Part shown: in pieces, positions 1 to 12,039 of the stretch
Position numbering within the stretch: the first letter of the stretch is position 1
Layout: every line of letters starts with the position of its first letter
From: Lama guanicoe
Lineage: Eukaryota
Length of the DNA: 64,000 nt
Direction: 5' to 3'
Assembly (NCBI GenBank): GCA_013239625.1
Contig: MU053083.1
Span: 1-64,000, forward strand
Notes under the pieces: generated by a model
The model's database searches: none
Told to the model about the DNA's origin: nothing
What the model saw: only the letters and a program-made list of their open reading frames with translations
Position numbers and translations under genes: made by a program

Positions 1-430
1 GCCCTGTGTGGCTTGAACGTAGTGAACAAAGAGCAGAGTGGCACGTGATTGAAGCTAGAAGGAGAGGTGCTGGCTCATGCAGGGTATTAGACATGACCCT
101 TAGAGGGCAGACTGCACAGCTTAAAGCTGGGGAGAGGTATGATCCAATGTTCACTACAAAAGATCATGTAAGAAGGATGTATTGCAGGAAGATGACAGTG
201 AGGGTTAGAAAGCTGCTGTTGTAATACTGGTCAGAGATGATGGTGGCTGGGACTAAGAGGTACGGAGAAGGGAGCAGACTATGTTGGGAGATGAATTCAA
301 CTGGACGTGCTGGCTTGAGGGAAGGGGAGCAATCCACAGTGACTGCAGGGTTTCTGGCTGAAGTCGGTGAGTGGACGCTGGTGCCACTTACGCAGAGAAG
401 GCATTGACGGGTGGGGGAAACGGGAAGGGA
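1..430 (-). mobile_element. Old L2 LINE fragment
   Basis: Purine-rich degenerate L2-like motifs (gtaatactggtcagagatgatggtggct; ggtttctggctgaag...tggtgccactta). Boundaries approximate. Confidence 0.55.
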
Positions 431-554
431 CAGGGAGAGTCTTTGGTGCCAGGAACCCTGCAGTGCAGGTTCAAGGTTAAAGCAATTCCCTGCCCTCTGG
501 GAGCTGTCAGGTCAATGACAGATGTGTGGAAGGACTGTGGTGGTTAGAACAGGG

Positions 555-1912
555 GGTTGCATCTTTTTACAGATTGAAGGTTTGTGGCAGTGTTGCTCAA
601 CCTCTGTGTTGAGCAAGTCTTTGGGCACCATTTTTGCAACAACATTTACTCACTTTATGTGTCTATGTCACATTTTGGTAATTGTCATAATATTTCAAAC
701 CTTTTTAAAAATTTTTTAACATTTTTTATTGAGTTATAATCACTTTACACTGTGTCAAATTCCAGTGTAGAGCACAATTTTTCAGTTATACATGAACATA
801 TATATATTCATTGTCACATTTTTTTCTCTGTGAGCTACCATAAGATCTTGTATATATTTCCCTGTGCTATACAGTGTAATCTTGTTTATCTGTTCTACAT
901 TTTGAAATCCCAGTCTGTCCCTTCCCACCCCTGCCCCCTTGGCAACCACAAGTTTGTATTCTATGTCTATGAGTCTGTTTCTGATTTGTATTTTTGTTTT
1001 GTTTATATTTCACATATGAGCAATCTCATATAGTATTTTTCTTTCTCTTTCTGGCTTACTTCACTTAGAATGATATTCTCCAAGAATATCCATGTTGCTG
1101 CAAATGGCATTATGTTGTTGGTTTTTATGGCTGAGTAGTATTCCACAGTATAAATATACCACCTCTTCTTTATCCAGTCATCTGTTGTTGGACATTTAGG
1201 CTGTTTCCATGTCTTGGCTATTGTAAATAGTGCTGCTCAGAACATTGGGGTGCAGGTGTCTTTTTATTTCAAACTTTTTCACAATTACTATGTTTGTTAT
1301 GGTGGTGTGTGATCTTTGATGTTACCATTGAAATTGTTTTGGGGTGCTACAAACCATGCCCATGTAAAAGGGTGAACTTAATAAATGTTTTGCGTGTTCT
1401 TACTGCTCTGCTGATGAGCTGTTCCCCCATTTCTCTCCCTCTTCTCTGACCTCCCTGTTTTCTGAGACACAACGTTGAAATTAGGCCAATTAATAACCCT
1501 ACAATGGCTGCTAAGTATTCAAGTGTAAGGAAGAGTCAACTGATGCAGCAAACTTCATTGTTGTCTTATTTTAAGAAACTGCCACAGCCACCCCAGCCTT
1601 TAGCAACCACCACCCTGGTCAGTCAGCAGCAAGACCCCCCAGAAGCAAAAAGGTTACAACTGGCTGAAGGCTCAGATGATGGTTAGCATCTTTTTGCAAT
1701 AAAGTATTTTAAAATTAAGATGTGTACCCTTTTTTAGACATAATGCTACTATACACTTAATAGACTACAACACAGAGTAAACATAAGTCATATGCACTGG
1801 AAAACCAAAAAATTCCTGTGACTGGCCATATCGCAATCTTCTCTTGGGATACTCACTTTATTGTGGTGGTGTGGAAACCAACCCACAATGCAGTATCTCC
1901 AAGGTATGCCTG
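555..1912 (+). mobile_element. Internally deleted Tigger1-type (TcMar-Tigger) DNA transposon, interrupted by an L1 insertion
   Basis: Tigger1 5' sequence (attgaaggtttgtggca...cattttggtaatt...tttcaaac) resumes at about 1265. Transposase N-terminal and C-terminal remnants lie at 1504-1686. The right terminal inverted repeat atctccaaggtatgcctg ends at 1912. Confidence 0.85.
706..1264 (-). mobile_element. 5'-truncated L1 3' end (lineage-specific, camelid-like), inserted into Tigger1
   Basis: T-rich tail on the left; L1 3' end in antisense (ttcacttagaatga...ccatgttgctgcaaatggcatt...ggctattgtaaatagtgctgc); TSD tatttcaaac(c)tttt at 691-705 and 1265-1279. Confidence 0.85.
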
Positions 1913-3504
1913 TGAAGGGAGCCTCACTGGGCTCAATACAGAAGGATTTATTGAAAAGCAAATGGCCCCAAGCTGTCAGCTAAGTCATGTCTACAATTGG
2001 GCTGAGCGGGTGGAGCCGTACTTTGGTTGTGTTTTTGAAGGACGTCCGGTAGCATTTCATACTTAGAAATATCTCCCTCACAACCAGTGCTGAGTAACTG
2101 AAATTTGAAACTGAGAGCTTTTCCCCACCCGTACTTCCTGTTACAATTTCGGTCACAGAATCATTGAATGTCAGAGATAGATTAGATCACTGGGGGAGTC
2201 CGAGTCACAGCCTTGTACTTGACAAGATGAAAAGACAGAGGCTCAAAGAAGTGACCCAAAGTCACGCAGCAAGTGAAATGACCGCACAGGGCCTGACATC
2301 AATATGAGGTGAAATGTGACAATGTCTTAGAAGTGATTCAGAGCAAATGATGTGACACTTGAGGAGGCAGAGAAAGAATGGCCCGCTGGGATGCCTAAGC
2401 CAGATCCGGGGTGCTGTGGACACGGGTAGGACCTCAGTAGAAGGGTGTTTGTTGATGGTGATTTCAGGTAGAGAGAAAACCACAAATGGCGGTGGTGGGA
2501 ATGTGTGCGGTTTCAGAGACTGAGAAGTAGCCCATTTTGGCTGGACTACAATACCATCATCTTATAAGAAGCGTAGAGATCATTTCATATAATCTTGCAG
2601 CCAATCTGTAAGGGGGGGGATCCTCTGTAATGTGCTTATGGCTTACAAAGAACCCGCTGATGGCAGAACCAGGACTCAGAAGATCCTCAGCCCAAAAGCC
2701 CAGTGCTCTGTTCTTAGCACCAGTGTTTGCCCACGCTCATTTTAGCTTAGGGGATGTGTGTTGTGGGGGATTTCAGCTGTTCAACTAAGGAGTTTGGACT
2801 TGATCAATAAGCAAGGAGTAGTGAACTTTTTTTGAGTGGAGAGAGCATGGTTAGTGCTGTGCTTCAGACATTTAATCTGGCAGGAGTGTTAGGGTGAACT
2901 GAGACCTAGGTACCCACATCAGGGTGACCGCATAGGAGAGCATGAGCATAGCTGGGGATCAAAGTCATAAGAGACGCTGGACTGAGATAACCTGAGAGTC
3001 CAAGAAGTTAGTCACCTTGTCCAAAGTCACATAGCTAACCAGTGCACGTGAGGGTCACAGTCAAGTTTGCCTTTACCTCCCATTTTCTGGTTTGTGTTCT
3101 CTGAGTTGAGAGAAAAGCTGATGTGTGTCTGCAGAGTGAGAATACTATTGCATATCGGCCCGTAAGGCCAGCTCGTGGGCTGTTAGAAATAGTGTATGTA
3201 CGCGTCACGTGCCCGCCCTGAAGTAGCTGGGGAAGGGGGCTGGGCAGGTGTGCGGCACTGCAACAGAGAGCAATGAAAGTCATCAGTTTTTTCAAATGTT
3301 TTCAATTGGTCCAAGTCAGGGAAATTGTTAAAAGGTCCTTGTTGGTCTAAGAAGAGTTGAATTTACCTGACTTGAGTCTTCTTATCAACACCAGGCTGAA
3401 TACCCATCAAATTAGGCAGGAGTCAGCACCAGTGGTCATTGCCCACACTTCCTCACGCCCAGGAGCCTTGAATGTAAAGATTGTTAAAGCTTTGGGACAC
3501 TAAT

Positions 3505-3640
3505 CTATAAAGAAAAAAAATATATATACATATATATATGTGTATGTATATGTATAACTGAATCACTTTTCTGTACACCTGAAACTAACATTGTAAATCA
3601 ACTACATTTCAATAAAAAAAGTTTTTAAGCTCAAAAAAAA
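3505..3640 (+). mobile_element. Very short L1 3' terminus
   Basis: tatatgtataactgaatcact...ctgtacacctgaaactaaca...ttgtaaatcaactaca.ttcaataaaaaa, typical of an artiodactyl L1 3' tip followed by an A-rich tail. Confidence 0.75.
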
Positions 3641-6127
3641 TTTGGGGAATATTTATAACTCCTGTCAGAGCTTGGCCATGTATATACATTTTCATCAGAA
3701 TGCCAAAATGTGCCTCCATGTCCTGCCAGTTTTTATGTTTCCCTGCCTTGATTCCCTCTCTTTCTCAGGTCCTGACACTTTGTTGTCAGGTATGCTAGGC
3801 CTGCCTCTCTGACTTTCTGGCCACTGACATTTGGAATAGCCTGCTTGCTCCTCAAACTTCTCTTCCCTCTCCTTTTCAGTCACTTCCCAGTGATGCACAG
3901 GGCAGTTGCCATCTTGACACTGCAAGTAAAAAGTGGCAGGTGTCACCCATCTGTGCTTTCTTTTCTGTGCTGTATGTAATATGTTATCTGGTCTTCTTGC
4001 AGTCCAGTCCCTGGGCGCCGTGTTGCCACAGGAGCCTGGCGGTGCTCACCTCCCCTCTCCCCTCGCCAGCCTCCCCCGACCAGCAACGATCTGATTAACT
4101 CTCTCCTGGTGTCTGTGTGTTGCTCCCAGGGATCCTGATTAAGTTCTTCAGGCAGTGTATATCTCTCCATTTGACACGGTTCTTTGCGGAGGACTAAGCC
4201 TTAGACACAACCTATGCTCATCCAGTTTTGGTTACACATACAGACTCTGGGCAAAACTGCAAACTTTTGGGTATGGCTCCTGCAATTTAGCTCTCCTTGT
4301 TGCAGATTCAGGTAGTTTTAAAGGTGGCATCAGACTTAGGTCTCCTTCAGATGTCTAGAGCCCTGCTTGTTGGACTCTTAGTCACTTGGAATGGTTGTGC
4401 TTCTAAGCAGTTGTCCAAGGAGTTGACTAGGATGGTGTTGAGAAGAGGAGGGGTGACACCTGTCCTGGTCCCCAGGGTCCAGTGGATGTTGTATAAAACA
4501 GATAAATGAGAATGGGAGATACAAGCACCCACAGCTGCCTTTAGAGGCTACCTTTCAATGTAAAGATTTCACAGGAACAAGGAGAGGAGAAACAGACACT
4601 CAGGTGACGGTGGAATCCTAGCACTACAGCGCTCTCAGAAAGCCGCTTCTCAGCCCATCCTCCAAATACTAGGTGGGATGGGTGGTATAGCCAATTGGAA
4701 AGATCTATTTATTTTTCAGCTGCATTTTCTCATTAGTGTCTACTAGCCACCTGCATTCACTCAAGTCTTTCCCCACGTAAAGACTGTGTGAGCTGAGACC
4801 ACACAGCTCTTGGCTGACCTTGAGGAACAACTGGAGGTTAAGGTTTCTGCAGCCCAGCTAGTGCACCTGACACTCCCCCTGTACCCCCACTTTCAGACTG
4901 GTTTTTGTCTGTCTGGTCAATCTCTAGTTGACGTCAGTGTCACTTTTTCATTGTCTTGGCTGTTCATTCGTTCACCTGTGCTAATAAGCTAGTCTGCCTG
5001 TGTTGCTAGTTGACGAGGTGACGCAGGCAGCCCATGGTGGCCTCCTGTCCTTTCTTCTGTAACTGGCCCTGCCCAGAAAGCCACAGCAGCTGGTGTTGGA
5101 GCACTGGGCTGGTGCCAGGAGACCTGTGTTCTAAACCTGCTGTCACGCTTCTCAGATTATTCACATGGAAGGAAGAGGGCTGGTGGATCCTGAAGTTGCT
5201 TCTACTCCAGCATTTATATCCTGGGTGTATTCTTTGTGCCAGGCACTGTTAGAGGCGCTGGAGGTTGAAAGCAAAGTGCCAGCCCACCTGGCAGTGGACT
5301 TGTGAACTGGAGGTAGATGGCTGAGTGCAGCCCTCACAAGCAATTCATTTCCCAAACTCCAGGCCCAAATGTTTGTTCCTACTCCCTGCTTGAATATCTG
5401 TGTTCCCTGGAGGCTGCTCTTTCCATTACTTGTCTGTCTTCATACTCTGTTTAAAGGGATAAATGTGGATACATTTTATCTGGTATAGAGTATCTTCTTT
5501 CTGCCTTCCATTTGGTCTGAGTGAACTCCTTCTTACTGCAACTGGTAGCTGTTGTATCTAATTTCTGAGAAACTTGAGGCAGGATCAGCCTGGTGGTGAG
5601 TAGCATGCCCTTTTTGACACATGAACAAAAATGTTCAAACTGCGTCTGCTGGCATCTAGGCTCCAGTACAAGAGGAGAAGAAAAGATCTTTGTTCTTGAA
5701 GAAAGTGTAACTTATACAGTGGCACAAGATGGGCATGTAACATAAAGGTGAGATTGTATAGCTGAGAGTGCATGGATGTAAATTCTCAGGGGATGTATAG
5801 ATAAGAAAGTGAGCTGGGGTGGAGGGGGGTTACTGCATCCAGAGAGAACTTGGGGGAGTAACCCAACGCCTACATCCCCCTTCCTGTGAGTCATTAAATA
5901 AGGCACCTGCCATTTGTAAGCCCTTCTCAGAGCCCCTTCTTTCTCCCTCTTTCAGATCTAGTGCAAGCATTTGAAGAGGGTGGCCTATTTTTATGCTGTC
6001 CCTCACATTTATTCCTAGAGAACGGAGGGGTGCTCCTGATGGGGCTCAGGCCCTTGTCAACAGAGTCCTTGGAAGGCAGTAGAGCACCCCCATGGCCAGC
6101 GACTGACCGGAGCTTTTTCCTTTGCAG

Positions 6128-6284
6128 AGATGAGAAGAACCAGTCCATCATAGTCAGCGGGGAGTCCGGAGCCGGCAAGACCGTGTCAGCCAAGTACGCC
6201 ATGCGCTATTTTGCTACGGTTAGTGGCTCAGCCGGTGACACCAACATCGAAGAGAGAGTCCTGGCGTCCAGTCCCATCATGGAG
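6128..6284 (+). CDS. MYO5B: MYO5B exon 5 (157 nt): (R)[53 protein letters not shown]-loop and loop 1
   Basis: Acceptor ctttttcctttgcag, donor GAG|gtaaag; Walker A motif GESGAGKT. Confidence 0.97.
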
Positions 6285-6976
6285 GTAAAGCTGTCCAAAT
6301 GTCCTTGGCCTTCTTGGCTGGAGTTCCTTCTGCTGGCAGTAAGACTGCTGAGCATCCAGCCTTGCGTGGCTGATCATAAGAATTCTTGGAAACAGCTCAC
6401 GTGGTGAGCATTCACGCCTCTCCCTGAGAACACATTGTCCACTGCTGAGGAAAAAATTATAAAGGTGCCCCTAAAACCACAGATTTGGGAATATTTTGAG
6501 CTGGTAGCCCAGGTTCCCAATATTGGGTAGAATGTCCACGTCACGTTTTCCTTGTGCCTTAACTCTGCTGACTAGTGTAGTGACAGCCGTCCCCATCTGC
6601 TGCCATCTCTGCTGCGTTCCCTCCCCACTGCCAATCTGTGTCCGCACATCAGTGCTTCACCAAACCGTCCGATGCTCTGAAGGCCCACTGAATCAGGAGG
6701 GCAATTTTCATGGGGATGGGGAGGCCTAGGTAAAAGATTCCCATTTTTCCCCCAAAAATATTTGGATATTTTATCTTTTGCGGGAAGATAGAGTTAAAAG
6801 CTGTGTGACAACATAGAATCTGTTGAAGATCCTCAGAAAATGTTATCTATGTTGGCACGAACTGGCCAGGGCAGCTTTTGTCTCTTTTTGTCAGCTTTTG
6901 TATCTTCTCCAGCCCTGACCCTCACATCCCTGGCCCAGTGGCCTCAGAGCAGTCAGTACAAGTGCAGGGTCAGAGA

Positions 6977-7398
6977 TCATCATTCTAAGTGGAGTAAGCC
7001 AGAAAAAGGAAGAAAAATACCATGTGATATCACTCATATGTGGAATCTAAAAAAAAAAAAGAGAGAGAGACACACACAAACTTATTTACAAAATAGAAAC
7101 AGACTCACAGATATAGAAAACAAACTTATGGTCATCAGAGGGGGAAAAGGGGTGGGAAGGGATAAATTGGGAGTTCGAGATTTGCAGATACTAACTACTA
7201 TACGCAAAATAGATAAACAACAGATTTCTTCTATATAGCACAGGGAACTATATTCAATATCTTATAGTAACCTATAATGAAAAATAATATGAAAACAAAT
7301 GTATGTATATATATATGTATAACTAAAGCACTATGCTGTACACCGGAAATTGACACAACATTGTAAACTGACTATACTTCAATTAAAACCAAAAAGAC
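6977..7398 (+). mobile_element. 5'-truncated L1 3' end with 19-bp TSD
   Basis: L1 3' motifs (atatcactcatatgtggaatctaaaa; agcacagggaactatattcaatatctt; ttgtaaactgactatacttcaatt). TSD acaagtgcaggg(t/c)cagaga at 6958-6976 and 7399-7417, one mismatch. Confidence 0.9.
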
Positions 7399-8105
7399 AC
7401 AAGTGCAGGGCCAGAGACATTTCCAAAAACATAGATCTTGCTGTAACAAACCATGTTACAGGGTCAGAACTCCATTTCTTTTTTTTCTCCCTTTCCTCTA
7501 TAAGAACTTGATTCTGATGGAGTGGAACTAAATGGCCACCCAGTCCGTGGACCAGCTTTGATTTCCTGCCTTTGAAGCTGAGGCTCTTCATGATTGTCTG
7601 GGTTACGGTCTCGTAGGAGTAGGCCCTTCTGCCAGCCCCGAGGAGCCCCTTTATTTTAGTGAGAAGAAATTCACTTGAGACCGAAAGCTGCCAAAATAGC
7701 ATCAGATTTCTCTGCACAGCCTTGAGCCCCATCAGTTAAGACACAAGGCACCAGTGTGGTTAGGCCTTCAGATTATTTTGGAGCTGGAGGAACAAGAACC
7801 TGCCTGGACCTTCTTGCCAGGTCCCCTCTCTCTCCCTCTTCCTTTATTAAGTGCAGGAGGAAATTCTGAGTCTCGATTTGTAGGCATTCATTGATTATCC
7901 AGGCAAAATCTCCTGCCTACAGAGTTGTATTATCTGGAGAACTTTTATTCTCTGATGAGTAATAGGACACAACATAAATTCACTGAGAGCTAGACAAAAG
8001 CGAGTTTCGGTATCTGTTCTTACGTGAATTGGGAAATGGTCAATACAGTTGAAGGCTCTTTCACCAAATCAGATAAAAACAAAGAGAAAAACTGTTATTC
8101 GATTC

Positions 8106-8287
8106 CAGTTGTTCCTAAACTTGACTGTGCGTCAGGTCCCCTGGAGGGCTTGTTGAAGCAGATTGCTGGGCCCCCTCCCGGAGTCTCTGACTCAGAAGAC
8201 CTGGTGGGCCTGAGCGTCCGCCCTCCTCACAAGTTCCTAGATGGTCCCAATGCTGCTGGTCTGGCCTCCACAGTTTGAAAACCATTG
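8106..8287 (-). mobile_element. MER5A (hAT-Charlie MITE)
   Basis: Termini cagttgttcctaaac...gtttgaaaaccattg and internal ctggagggcttgtt...cagattgctgggcccc match MER5A as recalled. Confidence 0.8.
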
Positions 8288-8949
8288 ACCTATTTAGTGC
8301 CAAAAAGGTAAGAAGGACTCACTGGAAAATGTGGAAGGATGGAAGGAAATAACCCTCCATGATCCTACAGTCTGCTGATAATTCAATATTTTGGTATATT
8401 TCCTTTCACTGAATATTATGGTATAAGCCTTGTTCTTCTATCATTAAGCTTTTTATAAACTTACTGGCTATAAACACACATTAATAGATGCCTTTACTAT
8501 AAGTTAACTCCCTATTGTGAGACATTTAGTTGAGAGCCTCTTTGCTCACAGCATTTATCCTGAGCCCCAAGATGGGGGCCTGGCCATTGCCTTGATTCTG
8601 GAGGCCACCTTCCTTGGACCATCTACTGCACTTAAATGAAGGCATTGAGACAACACTCTACAGTTAACATCATGTTTCGTCTCAGATGGGAGTGAAACCA
8701 GGATTTGAGCTTCCTCTTTGCCTCTGAGTTTCAAAACTCAGTAGTAAGATTTTTTAGGTAGTAAGATTGCAAAGACACGAGTGCCTCTTTTTTTGGAGGT
8801 AAAGTGAAAATTAGTTATTCTGGGCAAATCAGAGATAGTAAGAAACCTGCTTGATCTGTGGTGACTGAAGACAGTTCTTGTTAGTCAAGATGGGAAATTA
8901 ATGAGACAGATCACTGCATTATTAAACAGGTATGGGACACAAGGGGAAT

Positions 8950-9460
8950 GATTTTTAAAATTTTATCATTTTGTCCTGGTAAAAAACATACATAATATAA
9001 AACTTACCATATTAACTTACCATTTTAAGTGTACAGTTGAGTGCAACCATTACCACTATCCATTTCCAGAATTTTTTCGTCATCCCAAACAGAAACTAGT
9101 ACCCACTGAACAGTGACATCCTGGTCACCCCTCCACTCAGCCTCTGGTAGCTTCTATTCTAATTTCTAGGCCTCTTCTAGGCCCCTCATGTAAGTGGAAT
9201 CGTACAACATAAGTCCCTTTAGTGTCAGGCTGATTTCACAGAGCATAATATTTCCAAGGGTCACCCGTGTTGCAGCCTGCATCAGTACTTTGTTTCTTTT
9301 GCTGGATGCATAGTATTTTGTTGCAGGTATATACCACTGTTTGTTTATCCATTCCTCTGACGGTGGATCGTTGGGTTGTTTCCACCTTTTGGCTAGTGTG
9401 AATAACGCTGCTGTGAACCTTGGCGTGCACCTGCCTGTTTGGGTCTCTGCTTTGGGGATG
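8950..9460 (-). mobile_element. Old L1M (L1MB-like) 3' fragment
   Basis: ccattttaagtgtacagtt...atttccagaattttttc.tcatcccaaacagaaac...ttgggttgtttccaccttttggcta. Confidence 0.75.
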
Positions 9461-11019
9461 TCTTTTAAATGGCAGTCGTCTGAAATGCTCTAATGTTTTC
9501 AGTACCCATTGTGGCCTGGGTAGGCTGTTGGACTGCTGGGGAGGCATGGGAGAAATGTGAGAGCGGCATGCACACCCCTAGAGGAGGAGTATGTACGTGA
9601 ACCAGCCTAATCTTACATGATGTCGTGTAAACAAATGCTACAGTGATTTGAGCTCAAAGCATTAAGTTTCTACAGTTGTGCAAATTAGTACTTTGGAAAC
9701 TATGTGGGTAGGTCCAGAAGGCTCATTCTGTCAGGTGAAGAACTTTGTTATCATAGAGGCTATCCCTTGAGCTGTTTTTAAGTGTTAGACTTGAGAAAAA
9801 TGTTGGACATGAACATGGAAAGGAAGAGTTATTGCCAGGAGGAGGTCTGGGTGGAATCAGAGTGTTGCCAAGCAGAGAAAGGAGCTGAAAGCAGCTTCTG
9901 CACTGCCCAGACAAACCCAGCTTTTCCCAGGTTCAGAGTCTAACGTGGGCCCGTGCGTCAGGAAGCCCAGTCAGCTTTGTGGCTTCTCAGAGGATGATAG
10001 CCAATACAAGGCAGGTCTTAATCAGGGCACAGCTGATCACTGATTACTCTGGCCCTGTCCCGGGGAAGGATGGCACCTCCCAACGAAGCCATCTGTTACG
10101 GTCGCGTCACCACCTCATTAGTTCTGCAGCCCGGCCACTGCAGGTGCCGCCTGGGGAGACGGAGCGCTGAGGGCTGTCTGAGGAGGCGGGATTCCCAGTG
10201 GGCTGCGCTAAGTGGCAGTCATGTGGATTAAAGGCGACGTGAGGGTGGACTGGGATTGGCTGGGGTGGGTTGGGATGATTTACTGTCAGCCCCAAGCTAG
10301 AGCTCTCTGAACCCATTCTGCGTAAGAGCTTGTCAGCATCCTGGGAGTGACTGGTCCACCGGGCTGCGCTGATTAAGAAGACATTGCTAATCAAGAGGCT
10401 GTTAGAGAAGGGACAGAATCCGCATCCAGCCCACAGGGGCTTCTTAGGGTGACTGGCGTCTGCAGGTATACAATTCCAGAAGCCCCAGAAACTGCCCTCA
10501 TCCTGGGAGAAGGAAAGGGGGCTGGGATACAGTGAGCAAAATCAGTAGAAACCAAGTCCAGTCACTATGTAGTTTTCAGTGTTTGACCTTTTTTTAAGAT
10601 AAAGAAACAAGAAGGCCTATAGCTATTAACCTGCTCATACAAGAATCTGCCCCCGACGTATCCTGCTGATCCCCTCTGCTCTTGTCTCCTCTCCTGTTAC
10701 AACACACTCGAGCCGTTCTGCACTGGTTTGTTCTCTCAGCATACCACTGTCCCTTTGCCCTGCTGTATTTGTAAATAAAACCCCTTTTACTTCCGCACGG
10801 TAAAACTCTACTCACCCTTTAAGATCCACTTCATTTTCCACTTAAAGCCTTTCTCATTCTGCTGGGACTGGCTAATTACTCCCTTCTCTGTTTCCACGCT
10901 AGTTGATATGTATCTTACTGTATAATCCCAGTCGTACTGAGATGATTTGTTCTGGTCCATTTTTGTATTACTGCATATTTGTGTATGCGTAAACCAGAAA
11001 GAAGGTAGTTCTATCGTAC

Positions 11020-11560
11020 ACAAATGGTATCATATTCTATCAACCATTTACAACTTGCTTTTCACCCAGTATTTTATTTGTCTGTGCATCATGCTCTAGT
11101 TAGTTGAATGGATTTATAGCATCCCACTGTAGGAGTATGCCACTTTTATCTATCTGTTCCCCCTACTGGTAGGCGTTTAGATTGTATTTTTTATTGTTAA
11201 ATACAGTCTGCGTTAAATATTCTTTTGCACACCCCCTTGTGCACTTACGTGAGTTTCTCTAGGTGATATCTGGAAGTAGAGTTGCTGATTGTTAGGTGTT
11301 CAGTATGTTCAGTTTTACTAGGTATGCCCGGTTGTTCTTAAGAACAACTGCAGTTTACACCTAGACCAGCAGTGTGTGAGAGCTCCTTTTCCCTCACGTC
11401 CTCATCGTCATTTCATAGTATCAGAGTTCTTCGTTGTTGCTGCTCTGAACCGTCATTTCAGTCTGTATTTCTCTGATTTCTGCTGAGGTTGAGTGTCTTC
11501 TGTTTATTGGTCACGTGAGTTTCTTCCATGAATTTCCTGCCCCCGTCGTTTGTTGGTTTT
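11020..11560 (-). mobile_element. Highly diverged L1ME-like fragment
   Basis: ctaggtgatatctggaagtagagttgctg...cagcagtgtgtgagagctcct...tgctgaggttgagtgtctt. Confidence 0.55.
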
Positions 11561-12039
11561 TCAAATTTTAACTATTTGCTTCATACCTGTCTCTTTTGTT
11601 GGACTGTAGACTCAGGGTCAGAGCCTGGGGTTTGGGTTTTTGTTTTTTTTTTATCGTCTAGAACAGCTGGACTTGCTTTACTCAAGGCATCAAAATGTTC
11701 TCTAATAAACAAACAAACAATCTAGCAGTGGTTTACAAGGTCCTTCACACACACACAGAAGTTGGAAGTTCTTCATGCCCAGAGTGGAGTTGATGGACTT
11801 GGTAGTAATAACACAAGCAGCCTCAACCCTTTGTGGGTACCACTCTGTACTCTTGAAGTCCCTGTAGGTCCCTTATGTCACTTCTCAGAGCATCCTCGTG
11901 AAGTAAGGAGGATAGATCTTTTGGCAGTGGTCCTTAGACTGTGGGCAGGCTTTCTCTAAGCTATCACAGGAAGTGGCCTCAGGTATGATAAAGGTTCTTG
12001 TCGCCATTTTACAAATTACAAAAATTTGAATTTTTGGTT

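Noticed and set aside
6840..7238. 132-aa ORF
   Set aside because: Read-through of intron into an L1 3' end; not a gene
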